Below are positions 13,966 to 26,595 of a stretch of DNA of 64,000 nucleotides, one piece after another (position 1 is the first letter of the stretch; every line of letters begins with the position of its first letter). A program made the position numbers and the translations under genes. This DNA is from Eledone cirrhosa (taxonomy: Eukaryota), in contig OZ024741.1 in the NCBI GenBank assembly GCA_964016885.1, positions 96,038,001 through 96,102,000 of the forward strand, in the 5' to 3' direction. The notes under the pieces were generated by a model. That model was not told the origin of the DNA and did no database searches. It saw only the letters and a program-made list of their open reading frames with translations.

Positions 13966-15736
13966 GAGTAGTTGCATGCTCCATCAGGCTGCGACACCAG
14001 AACAAGGTTAAAGGACCAGCAGGGTGGGGGTCCCGAGGCCAGCACTATATAGAAAAAGACACAATACATGACGCATATAATGTCATAAACAGTTACATCA
14101 AAGATCACATCAACATTTTATAAACGCACCCATTGTGCGCTAACTGATAGCACAGCCTAATAGTCTGTCGAAAGCCCAACAAACTCCGCCGCAGCTATAA
14201 AGTGGATGGCTTGTGCATCCGGGGTCCGGATAGTGTTGACCCTAATATAGTATAGGAGCAAATATATAAGGGAGCAAATCGTGTGGGCTGGGTGCCCCAG
14301 AATCGATCAAGCCCCGGGGTGAAGGGGTGGTTGGTCGCCGAGGGGTTCGAATCGAACAAATGACTTGCCCCAAGCGTCCCGTGGATATCTAATGAATCCG
14401 CCCTTTATGACGCGAATTGCCTCCCATACTTTTCTTAAGCACACTACGACTTCCTGTGTTTATATTCGGACAACCGTTGTGTGTTACTAGCGAGAGGCTA
14501 ACCTTTGAAATTTTGAAATTGTTGAATATGATTTGTGCTGCATATATGATGAATTATAGAACTACACTCAAAACAGTGTGCGACAGTAGATATTGACTTC
14601 CGGTCGACCCAGGAGGGGTCACACCCGACTATGAATAGATTACAACCTCCGGTTCAGTAATCTACACGAAAACCACGTGGCGGACATGTAAATAACTTAG
14701 TTGTCAATGACAGTTTTAGCCATGAGTTTTCTATATTTTCTACAGAAATATGCACCCACCCTAATAAACCCGCTTATTATTGTAACCACATCTGCTTTTC
14801 CCTCACTCTGCCATAGGTAATTCTTGAAGCGAAGTTCTCTGTACACACCTTCTGTTTATGTGACGGAATAGCCATCACGATTTACAATTACAGTGGTATA
14901 ATTGTATACGGTATGACAATTTGTTTCAATGCCGATTCAGCCATACAGTGAATTTCACTTGGGACGTTGGGCTGACTGGCCGAACGTGAGGACTTTGGGA
15001 GATTGCAGTTATTGCGGACCTGTCGTATTTTCACTTTCCTCACTGTAGGGCCAGCTGTACATATACCCTGCCTTTCTCAACTCATCGTACTTTATTTTAT
15101 TTTAGATTTTAGGGGTTTATCGCTGACTGTTATCCGGATAAATCCCCGGAGTATATGTTTTGGAAACATAGTGTTACTTCGCCTAACGCTCGGAACTGGA
15201 ACCAATGGATGTTGTCCGTATGGTGCTGATAAGATAGGGAGGATCGACCTGTTACAAGGCGATATAATCTTCCTGTAGACAATCCTACATGTAAAGCTGC
15301 ACCACCGCTAACCAACTATTCTTCTCACAGACTCATGCTTGAAAGCTCTCTTAATCTGCCTGTACATCCTGTATTTACACTGCTTGTGCTTTGATATATC
15401 TATGCTTTGCTTTGTTTGTTTGTTTTTTGTTTTTTGTTCCCTTGTTTTTTTATTGTTTTTTTTAAATTGTTTTTGATCATGCTGAGTAACACCTTCACGC
15501 ATTCCTTGCTTCACTCTCCCAACCTCCTTATCATCTATTGCACCATGTAAGGGATAAACTTTTGATGTGATCTTTGATGTAACTTTTTATGACATTTTTT
15601 ATGATATTTTATGACATTATATGCATCAAGTATTGTGCCTTTTTCTATATAGCGCTGGCCTGGGGACCCCCTTGCTGGTCCTTTAACCTTGTTCTGGTGA
15701 CGCAGCCTGATGGAGCAAGCAACTATTGATATACTC

Positions 15737-15802
15737 TTGTTTATAGGCTCTGATGATTCCTGCCTTAGGGTACGGATGAAACACTGTTAGCTAATAAAAC
15801 AA
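15737..15802 (+). ncRNA. Type I hammerhead ribozyme
   Basis: Stem I ttgtttataggct/agctaataaaacaa; CUGAUGA at 15750; stem II tcc-tgcc(ttag)ggta-c-gga; GAAAC-act-GUU. Confidence 0.75.
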
Positions 15803-15993
15803 TGTAGTTCTAAGCACTCTTTGGTTATTCCTAAACCTGTAACGGCTCTGTAGTATACCAGTGATCCTACATTGAGCTAAAACCATACTGTCATACCAAG
15901 AGCAATATATCTGCGTGTCTGGGCACGTTGATATATTTGTCAACGAAACTATATATATATATATATGTTATGCCGGGTTCAATCGGGGGTAAC

Positions 15994-16029
<36 letters not shown>

Positions 16030-16110
16030 GTAATAATAATAAATAAATTTGGAGACTAAAATCCAAAGAGGGTGAAAGCAGCGATTCTTTGCTTAAACTT
16101 TAATCTGTTA

Positions 16111-16153
<43 letters not shown>

Positions 16154-16159
<6 letters not shown>

Positions 16160-16340
16160 TTCTACAGGACTAGAACTGTTTCATTCTTTAGAAATCATCA
16201 GGAATCTGATTCCTGATGATTTCTAAAGAATGAAACAGTTCTAGTCCTGTAGAATCTCATCTATATTAAAACTTTTATACTCTGCAATGTATTGAGTACC
16301 TTACTTACTGTGGTTACCTCCGATTCAACCCAGAATAACG
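16154..16340 (+). mobile_element. Palindromic PLE-derived mini-element: perfect 107-bp palindrome (16154-16260) plus 80-bp tail, inside (TA)n
   Basis: 53-bp arms centred on 16207. The tail end also occurs inverted at 15967-15996. Second family member at 20377-20600. Confidence 0.85.
16208..16256 (+). ncRNA. Type I hammerhead ribozyme (mirror copy on - strand at 16158-16206)
   Basis: gattc-CUGAUGA-tttctaaagaat-GAAA-cag(ttctagtc)ctg-UA-gaatc; predicted cleavage after A16251 (GUA). Confidence 0.8.
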
Positions 16341-16362
16341 TATATATATATATATATATATC

Positions 16363-16550
16363 GGTGAATTGGCAGTATCGGTAGAGGGTCGGACGCTATG
16401 CTTTGACGCATAGAGTTACGGCCCTTTCCCTTCTGAGTTCAAATCCCGCCGAGGTCAACTTTGCCTTTCATCCCTACGGGGTCGATAAAATAAAGTACCA
16501 GTAATGCACTGGTTAATTGCTGGCCTTGTGCCTAAAGTAGAAACAATTAT
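16363..16550 (+). mobile_element. Deu/Nin-like tRNA-SINE, full length
   Basis: A-box-like tggcagtatcgg, B-box gagttcaaatcc, central domain and tail. Confidence 0.9.
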
Positions 16551-16782
16551 TTTATCCTAGCCCATTTAAAAAAAAAATATTTTTTTTTTTTTTACTTTCC
16601 TTGTCCCTCCAACATATATCTGTTCTACCTCACCTCTATTAGTGTAGTTGCCTTTTAATCCGGGTGGATATCAGTAAGAATATTTTTACTACAAGATGCA
16701 GTGACCTCACCTCAAACTTTGGAATCTTTCTGATGAAATGCTGTATTTAACATATTGCTAGTGAATGGGCATAATAAAAAAG

Positions 16783-16912
16783 AATTGTTTCTACTTTAGG
16801 CACAAGGCCAGCAATTAACCAGTACATTACTGGTACTTTATTTTATCGACCCCGTAAGGAAGAAAGGCAAAGTTAACCTCGGCGGGATTTGAACTCAGAC
16901 TGTAAAGGGCAT
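16783..16912 (-). mobile_element. Deu/Nin-like SINE, inverted relative to the copy at 16363
   Basis: Reverse-complement match to the family. Confidence 0.85.
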
Positions 16913-17222
16913 AATAAAAAATAATAATATGCAACCAGCACGCGTAGATTGATACTGTATTGAAACATGTGTTGAAGAATGAACTTTGATTAAATTCATC
17001 ACTTATATTCTATACTTCACGCCTAGTCATTTGTTTTTCGTATACATTTAAATATATATCACACGCGTACACTAACATACAAACAGACATACACACACAC
17101 ACACACTTTTCCGTATAAGACAAGAGCTGAAAATTATATTTCAACATGTTAAAATATCCCCCACACACGTACACACACATTCCTACTGACCGAAATTATC
17201 CCCTCTACCACGAACCACTCTG

Positions 17223-17256
<34 letters not shown>

Positions 17257-17377
17257 TTGTCTTAATAGACACCTGAAATGTTGACCTTTCAACATGACTG
17301 CAATTCACACACACATCCCTACTGACCATTATCACAACAATGAACCTCTTTGCTACACACACACACGCACACACACC

Positions 17378-17478
<101 letters not shown>

Positions 17479-17954
17479 TTGTCTTAAAAGACTTATTTTT
17501 CAGTGACTTCTCAATCAGGCTAAAAAGGACACTCTTCGACAAACCTACATTTGGCATAAAATCAATTTTTAACATTCACGTGACCTCTACCGACCAATCA
17601 AAATTGTTTTGACTACAAGAATTTCTGCAACACGAATTGGCGCGAAATTTATAGTACTCATTCACGTGACATTCAACAACCAACCAAATCTTAATACCTC
17701 TGGGGCGACTTTTTTCACATAAAACAGGAAGAATTTCCCAAACTGATCAGATTAGAGCAAACATCACGTGCGCTCTATCTCAAAATTATTTTTGAAAAGC
17801 ATTAGAAATGCGCAACCGGTAAGTACTTAAAACTAAAACTGAATACTAACCAACACTTATTACTAATTTATACTTATTCCTAATTAAACTATTTTTCACT
17901 GGGAAAAATTTGTCAGCATTTTCTTTTCCTTTTACTAATATATATATATATATA

Positions 17955-18965
<1,011 letters not shown>

Positions 18966-19044
18966 ACCTATATAATATATACCTATATACTATATATATA
19001 TATATACCTACATACTATATATATACCTATAATATATATATATA

Positions 19045-19077
<33 letters not shown>

Positions 19078-19091
19078 TGTATATAGCATGT

Positions 19092-19171
<80 letters not shown>

Positions 19172-19281
19172 AGTATATAGGTATATATATTCTAGTATAT
19201 AGGTGTATATATATATATACCTATATCTTACAATATATACTATGTATATACTATACATACATATATATATATACCTATATG

Positions 19282-19315
<34 letters not shown>

Positions 19316-19319
<4 letters not shown>

Positions 19320-20299
19320 CGTTTCTGAATTTGTTTAGCAAGATTCTTTATCTGAAATCGTGTGCTGAAACCGATATTGTTATACTTTGGGAGGGTCATG
19401 TTTCCAATAAGAAACACACGCACCAGTTGCTTTCACTTCAATTTATTATATATTTATAAATTTATAAATTTACAAATCTACAAACTTATAAATTTATGGT
19501 TGGTTGGTTGGTTCCACAACCAGATAGTTGTTTATATATAGTCATAGTCCTTTCGTCACACACTCTGTGATCTCTTCAGTGACTGGGGATTCCTTTCTTT
19601 GTTTCTGTGCCTTTCCTTTCTTCTGTCCTACGCCATTTTGTTTCTGTGTGTGTGTTGTGTGCTCAGTTTGCGCATGCGCCACATCCGGGTGTCTGTGTGT
19701 GTTTGTGTTCATTTATCTATTTGTTTATTTATTTACATGTTGTTGGTTGGTTGTTTGTTCTATGTGTGTGTGTGTTTTCATTTTGTCCTTAATTGTAAGT
19801 TGTGATGTTGCTGTTCCACTCATATTTTCTATTTAATTTTGGTTGTAATTCTTTTATGCTTACTGCCTCTGTAATTTGCCTAAACATTACATCTTTTCTG
19901 TGTGTGGATTCTATTTTTATTTCTATGTTCTCTAATTTACCCTTGTGTTCTATCTTAGCATGTTGGTAGAGTACAGATGATTCTTTATTATCTTGAAGGT
20001 CTCGCCAGTGTTCATTTATCCACTCCCCTATACTACGAGCTGTCTCACCTATGTACACTATATTTTTGTTTCTACATTGTCCTTCAGTACATCTTATGCT
20101 ATACACTACATTTCTAGTTTTACAGTTAATATGGGGGCTTATTTTACAGGTTATACATTTCTTATCTATACATGAGGATCTTTGGAACGGGTATGTCTTG
20201 TAGATTTGTAAATTTATAAATTTATAAATATATAATAAATTGAAGTGAAAGCAACTGGTGCGTGTGTTTCTTATTGGCAACATGACCCTCCCAAAGTAT

Positions 20300-20305
<6 letters not shown>
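19316..20305 (-). mobile_element. 5'-truncated PLE: GIY-YIG endonuclease, pLTR, ~105-bp inverted terminal copy and 3' tail, flanked by (TA)n
   Basis: CIDKKCITC...NCKTRNVVYSIRC...VYIGETARSIGEWINEH...SVLYQH...RQITEAVSIKELQPKLN; 19378-19483 is inverted at 20198-20303. Confidence 0.9.
19540..19584 (-). ncRNA. Minimal hammerhead ribozyme in the PLE pLTR
   Basis: Minus strand reads agtca-CUGAAGA-gatcac(agagtgt)gtgac-GAAA-ggac-UA-tgact. Confidence 0.75.
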
Positions 20306-20376
<71 letters not shown>

Positions 20377-20385
<9 letters not shown>

Positions 20386-20599
20386 GGCTCCTACAGGACT
20401 AGAATTGTTTAATTCGGGAGAAATCATCAGGAAGCCGACTGTCCAAGTAATTTTACATGGGCAGTCAGCTTCCTGATGATTTCTCCCGAATTAAACAATT
20501 CTAGTCCTGTAGAAGCCATTTCTATATTAAATATTTATACTCTGCTTTGTATTGAGTACCTTACTTACTGTGGTTACCCCCGATTGAACCCGGGATAAA

Positions 20600-20600
<1 letters not shown>
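20377..20600 (+). mobile_element. Second palindromic HHR mini-element (~150-bp imperfect palindrome plus tail)
   Basis: Homologous to 16154-16340; HHR stem I is gcttc/gaagc; GAAA is TAAA in both arms. Confidence 0.85.
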
Positions 20601-20683
<83 letters not shown>

Positions 20684-20950
20684 TAATAATAATAAATTTG
20701 AAGACTAAAATCCAGAGAGGGCTCGATAAGAATAAATATATATCAGATTTATAAGAACCATAGAGCGATTCTTTGCTTAAACTTTAATCTGTTATTTTAA
20801 TATATATGTATATATATATATATTTCTATCTTTGCACACGGCACTGGACAGAATTGCTTCAACATCATTCATTCTCATCTCGGGAACAATTTTGAATAGC
20901 GCCAGTTCGTAATTCGAACTCGGGAATTTTATATTCTCCGAGTGAAAAGA

Positions 20951-21037
20951 ACCTTCTGACGAGAGTTTATCTTTCCAATGGAGGCCCGCAAGGACTATCC
21001 ATTTATTTCTGAGACTCGAAACCGTTTCGGTAAAGGT
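20951..21037 (+). ncRNA. Type I hammerhead ribozyme with extended stem II
   Basis: acctt-CUGACGA-gagttt...agactc-GAAA-ccg(ttt)cgg-UA-aaggt; internal aatgga..cc-GCAA-gg..tccatt hairpin. Confidence 0.85.
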
Positions 21038-21104
21038 AACCATAGAAAGGACAGTGAATTTTTTGAAATTTATTTTGAAACTTTTTCTTATTTGCTAAAC
21101 CTAG

Positions 21105-21198
<94 letters not shown>

Positions 21199-21210
21199 TA
21201 TATATATATA

Positions 21211-21874
21211 ACAGAAAGTGAGGAAGAAAGAGACAAGTCCCAGATTTCTATGAATTTAAGTTCGGTGAAATCGTGAACGAGAGAATAAAGACCATCAGAC
21301 CTGGAGAATGAGTGAGTGAAGGGTGAGGAAGAGGCTAACAGAGAGAGAGACTGCTAGAAAGGGTAAAGATACATAGAACGAAAAAGACGGTAGCAGCAGA
21401 GGAAAAAATATGTGTAAATATGATAATAAGGGCGCTGCGGAGTTGCAAATGGGTTACATATGAAAAAGGTTTGTCCTTCATCAGTGATCTTCCAACAGAA
21501 CTTATGTTTACCGAATTCGCAGACCAGACCCCTTCTTCCTCCCGTTAGACCTGTGCGAAATTCCTTCCTTGCTCACATTTCAACCAGGTTTGGTGGTCTT
21601 TATTCTCTCGTTCACGATTTCACCGAACTTAAATTCATAGAAATCTGGGACTTGTCTCTTTCTTCCTCACTTTCTGTTGCTTCACCATTTTGTTTGTTTA
21701 CCCTCGCGTCCCCTTTATTTACGTGTCCCAACAACTTTTTTTAGCCGTTGCTCGCACCAACCGGAGGTATATGGTCTTTAAAGCGATGAAATGCCTATGA
21801 TGGTTGGAAGATCACTGATGAAGGACAAACCTTTTTCATATGTAACCCATTTGCAACTCCGCAGCGCCCTTATT

Positions 21875-21879
<5 letters not shown>
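21211..21879. mobile_element. TA-flanked element with interleaved inverted repeats A-B-A'-B'
   Basis: A 21211-21304 is inverted at 21584-21677; B 21421-21496 is inverted at 21803-21879. Confidence 0.8.
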
Positions 21880-21947
<68 letters not shown>

Positions 21948-22642
21948 GGCGTTGTCATGAGGCTCGACAGCCGGATCTGCCAGCCACACCTATGTCGCTG
22001 CGGTTCCACCGTGGACTCTTTCGACCTCCACCCGCTTTCCTGTCGCCACAGTGCCGGCCACATTCCCGCACCATGCTGCCCTCAACGAGGTCATTATGCA
22101 TGGCTTGGACGCTGCAGGCTTCCCCTCCTAGCTCACGCCGGTCGGGATGGATAGAGGGGACGGCAAAAGGCCAGATGGCATGACCATCTTCCTGTTCCAC
22201 AGTGGCAAACCCCTCGTCTGGGATGCTAATTGCCCCGAAACTTTCTGCAACCGCAACCTAGTTCAGTCTACGACAGACCCAGGTTCTGCTGCACGTCGGG
22301 CTGAGGGGGCCAAACTCCTCAAATACCGGTCGCTCTCCGACAGGTTTGCGGTCGTACTCCTGGCAGTGGAGACTTCTGGTGTCCTCGGCCCCAGGGCTAC
22401 CTCCTTACTCACCACCATAGGCGCTGAGCTGGCTCGCCGCAGGTGTGAGCCCCGCGAGTTGGATTGGCTTTTCCAGCGCGTCTCCCTTGCCTTCCTCCGA
22501 GGAAACGCCTTCTCCATTCTGACCGCCGGGGCTGTGGGTGGGCCCCCTCGCGTACCGTTGTAGTTGTTGTAGAAGAAACAGGAAGACAACAACTGGAAAG
22601 TTTGATTTTCTACTTTATCATTTAATTCTGCACTAAAAAACA
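21948..22642 (+). mobile_element. 3' fragment of a CRE-like non-LTR retrotransposon (zinc knuckle and restriction-like endonuclease), with frameshift and stop
   Basis: CRCG..VD...LHPLSC, HAALNEVI, DGKRPDG, LVWDANC, AEGAKLLKY, AVETSG, FQRVSLAFLRGNA; GC-rich relative to the flanks. Confidence 0.85.
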
Positions 22643-22699
22643 ATATTTGACATTTTTATGATCCTTTAGTTACCATGTATATATATATAGTATATAAGT

Positions 22700-22977
22700 C
22701 TAAAGTCTGTCTTAAGCCAGAAGGCTCATTTGGCCGGTGCTTATTCCGGTTTCATGGCGTGAAGCGACTGAGAGTACAAGACTCCCTCCTGGACAGGACG
22801 CGAGTCCATCGCAGAGTTAAACCTCCAGCTATTCCTGGTACTCATTTTCAGCTGAGTTTACTGGAGCAACGTGAAATGAAGTGTTTTGCTCAAGAAAACA
22901 ACACGCAACCTAGGAATCGAGCCCACGACATTTTGATCATAAGTCCAACACCCTTACCACTAGGCCACGTGCCTCCA
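22700..22977 (-). mobile_element. Third tRNA-derived SINE family
   Basis: Minus strand ggaggcacgtggcctagtggtaagg (A box) ... ggctcgattcc (B box) ... cttgagcaaaacact ... actcagctgaaaatgagtacc. Confidence 0.8.
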
Positions 22978-23041
22978 CTTATATATAGTATATAGGTATA
23001 TATATACATATTGTATACACACACACACACACACACACATA

Positions 23042-23081
<40 letters not shown>

Positions 23082-23161
23082 TATACATAAATATATACAT
23101 ATCTAATATATATATATATTCATATACCTATATGATATATATATATGTATATATATATACC

Positions 23162-23224
<63 letters not shown>

Positions 23225-23228
<4 letters not shown>

Positions 23229-23767
23229 CGTTTCTGAAATAGAATCTACACACAGAAAAGACGCAATGTTTAGACAAATTACAGAGGCAATAAACATAAA
23301 AGAATTACAACCAAAATTAAATAGAAAATATGAGTGGAACAGCAACATCACAACTTACAATTAAGGACAAAATGAAAACACACACACACACATAGAACAA
23401 ACAACCAACCAGTAACATGTAAATATACAAATAAATAAATGAACATAAACACACACAGACACCCGGATGTGGCACATGCGCAGACTGAGCACACAACACA
23501 CACACAGAAACAAAATGGCGTAGGACAGAACAAAGGAGAGGCACAGAAACAAAGAAAGGAATCCCCAGTCACTGAAGAGGTCACAGAGTGTGTGACGAAA
23601 GAACTATGACAATATATAAACAACTATCTGGTTGTGGAACCAACCAACCAACCAACCAACCAGAAATTTATAAATTTATAAATTTATTATAAATTTATTA
23701 TAATAAATTGAAGTGAAAGCAACTGGTGCGTGTGTTTCTTATTGGCAACATGACCCTCCCAAAGTAT
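23225..23767 (+). mobile_element. Shorter, oppositely oriented copy of the 19.3-20.3 kb PLE, with HHR at 23567-23611
   Basis: High similarity to the reverse complement of 19382-19914; agtca-CUGAAGA-g-gtcac/gtgac-GAAA-gaac-UA-tgac. Confidence 0.9.
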
Positions 23768-23771
23768 ATCA

Positions 23772-23872
<101 letters not shown>

Positions 23873-24327
23873 TACGTACGTGTGCATGTGCACGTATGTA
23901 TGCGTGTGCACACGTGTACAGGCATGTGTACGTATGTTATTATAGTTCAGTAATATACATAGAGTAAGAAGGTAAGTAAAATGCAGCGAGGAAACGTCAT
24001 TAAACAGAGGAATTGTTTTATTGAAGTGGATAACTCATAATGTTATATTCATTTAGCTTATTTTTTTTTTTTTTCCAATCATCGCGTTTTCTTTGTTGTT
24101 TTCGAAGACTTCGAATTAGATTTTTGTGGTAGTCGTGATACTGATTGATACATTAACTTATCCTATCAGCAAATCATGTAGCTTGTTAGCTTGAATAGCG
24201 AACTAATTTCTTAGCTACTAAAGCTGCAACAGTCTTCCAATTTATTTTCTGATAATAGATAAATCACACGATGGACAAGTATGTCTACACTCCACTCACA
24301 CACACACAGAAACACTTACATACATAC

Positions 24328-24381
<54 letters not shown>

Positions 24382-24406
24382 TATATACATACATACATAT
24401 ATATAC

Positions 24407-24491
<85 letters not shown>

Positions 24492-24527
24492 ATTAAATAA
24501 ATGGAAACTATATTTATAAAACCATAT

Positions 24528-24594
24528 TTATTTCATTATATATATTTCAGGGATATCATATTAACAATATGCTATGCCTTCCTCAGACAAAATA
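24528..24594 (-). ncRNA. Hammerhead ribozyme with (UA)n stem III
   Basis: Minus strand reads tattttgt-CUGAGGA-agg...catatt(gtt)aatatg...cct-GAAA-tatata-UA-atgaaata. Confidence 0.65.
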
Positions 24595-24843
24595 CAATAT
24601 AAACAGTTTTATAGATAAATAGATTCGACATACCGTAACAACATCGACTTGTATTTGAAAAGTTGAATTGGCAGTGAAAAAATTGTACACAGAGAGAAAG
24701 AAAGAGAGAAAAAAGGAAAGAAAGACAGAAAACGAAGAAATTTAATATTTAATATTGTAAATATACTCCAAATACTTGTCGAGTGCTTTTATATCAGTTA
24801 TAAATATTTACTAGTTGTAACCCAACAATTTAAATATAACTTT

Positions 24844-24918
<75 letters not shown>

Positions 24919-25021
24919 CATTCAAATATCCACCCATCCATATATATATATATATATATATAATATGCACATGTATGTTACACACACATACATCCACACA
25001 TACGACCACATATATATATAT

Positions 25022-26130
25022 TTCTTCTTCTTCTTCTTCTTCTTCTTCTTCTTCTTCTTCTTCTTCTTCTTCTTCTTCTTCTTTTTCTTGGCGTTCCTCT
25101 TCATGAAAGCCGGCGATGGCCACGTACATGGCTGTAAAGTCAAATTTGGTGTTCTCCGCTGCTGCTGCCGAATTATGCACCTGTCTTTACTCGCAGTGAC
25201 CTGGTCAGAGCCAAGTTTAAACCACTCAGAGATATGTTGAGTGTTAAGAGAGTGAAAGCCCAGCCAGGCCCTCTTTCAATCCATCTGCATCTTACCGGGT
25301 AAACTGTGGAATTTTGCAGTGTTTCGGGTTCAGTTGAAGATCTTACTTGAAACAGCTTTTCTGCTCGCCATCTACTCTAGCTCCACAGGTAAGCTCACCG
25401 TAGACGACTTTGACTTTATGCAATATGTTAGCAATATGTTCTCCCCAAATGCAACTTTAATTTGGCAAGGATTATTCCCATGCTAGTAAGTCAAAAACTT
25501 CCCTATCTGCTAAGTTCTTTTGCCAACCAATCTTGAGTAACTGACGAAGCGAAAGATATATATATATGTAGTTGCAAGCGGTTGTTGTAATAAATAGTCT
25601 ACGTAACACTGCAGTAGATTAAGATTAGTATTAACACTATCTTTACATATCAATTTGGTTACATTTCTTAACCTTCTGGATCTTTTCTCTCAGGGAAACC
25701 GACACCAGGCTTACCTTGTGTAGTCGTCGCTCGATATCTCGGTCTTGAGATACATAGTTTCTGACATATACAAAACTTGCAACGCTTTTGACTGCATGTC
25801 CGCCTATAAAGATGTTGGGCAGTGGCACTGAAACATGCCTTGGTACTTGGACCTTAACTTTCTTTTTATGAACATTAGTGTCGAGGTCCAACTGGACAAA
25901 GGATTCATTCAGAGCATTAGCGACCGCTTGTAGCTTTGACTCTGAGTTGGAAATTGAATCGCAATCACCAGCGTACAAGAGTCCACGAAACATCAATGGT
26001 TGCTCGTCTTTATTGACGCTAAATATTAGCTTTTCAAATATGAGGAACATTTTCGTAAATAAACATTGAAGTTGAGATATTTGTAGAAATGAAGAAAATC
26101 GCGAACGCTGGAGAATAGCCATGAAAAAAG
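25022..26130 (-). pseudogene. Degenerate RTE-like LINE 3' part with (GAA)n tail
   Basis: LLYAGDC...ESKLQ...NVHKKKV...VASFVYV...DRDIERRLHK; the element ends in the ttc run. Confidence 0.7.
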
Positions 26131-26304
26131 CTTTAGAGGTTGTTTAGCTCAATGGTAAAGAGAGCTCAGCTGGAATTTGAGAGATACAAACTTCGATTCT
26201 CTGTAGCGGCTGCTGCCAAATTTTCACTCTATAGTGATGCAATTTTCTAAAGCTTTTTTCTCAGCTATTCTAGAATATTCGAAATTTCCTTCATCCCTCT
26301 CGCT

Positions 26305-26388
<84 letters not shown>

Positions 26389-26556
26389 TCTAATAGGAAA
26401 ATGTATGACCCCGACGGCAGAGCTCAAGCCGTTTCGAGGGCTATTTCTGGTTCCTTACCACAACTCCGTTATATATATGGGTGGGGGTGGGGTGTGTGTG
26501 TATGTAGATAGAGGGGGAACGTTGACACATTCGTAAATATATTTAGAAATATACAC

Positions 26557-26595
<39 letters not shown>

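Larger units (their letters stand above)
13864..15949 (+). mobile_element. PLE-like element with ~250-bp inverted repeats (13864-14113 / 15562-15838), a ~110-bp 3' extension and an HHR in each repeat
   Basis: aggtttaggaataaccaaagagtgc... versus ...gcactctttggttattcctaaacct; HHR core in both arms; no intact internal ORF recognised. Confidence 0.75.

Noticed and set aside
16363-16450. tRNA gene
   Set aside because: A/B boxes belong to a SINE head, there is no cloverleaf, and it continues into the SINE body.
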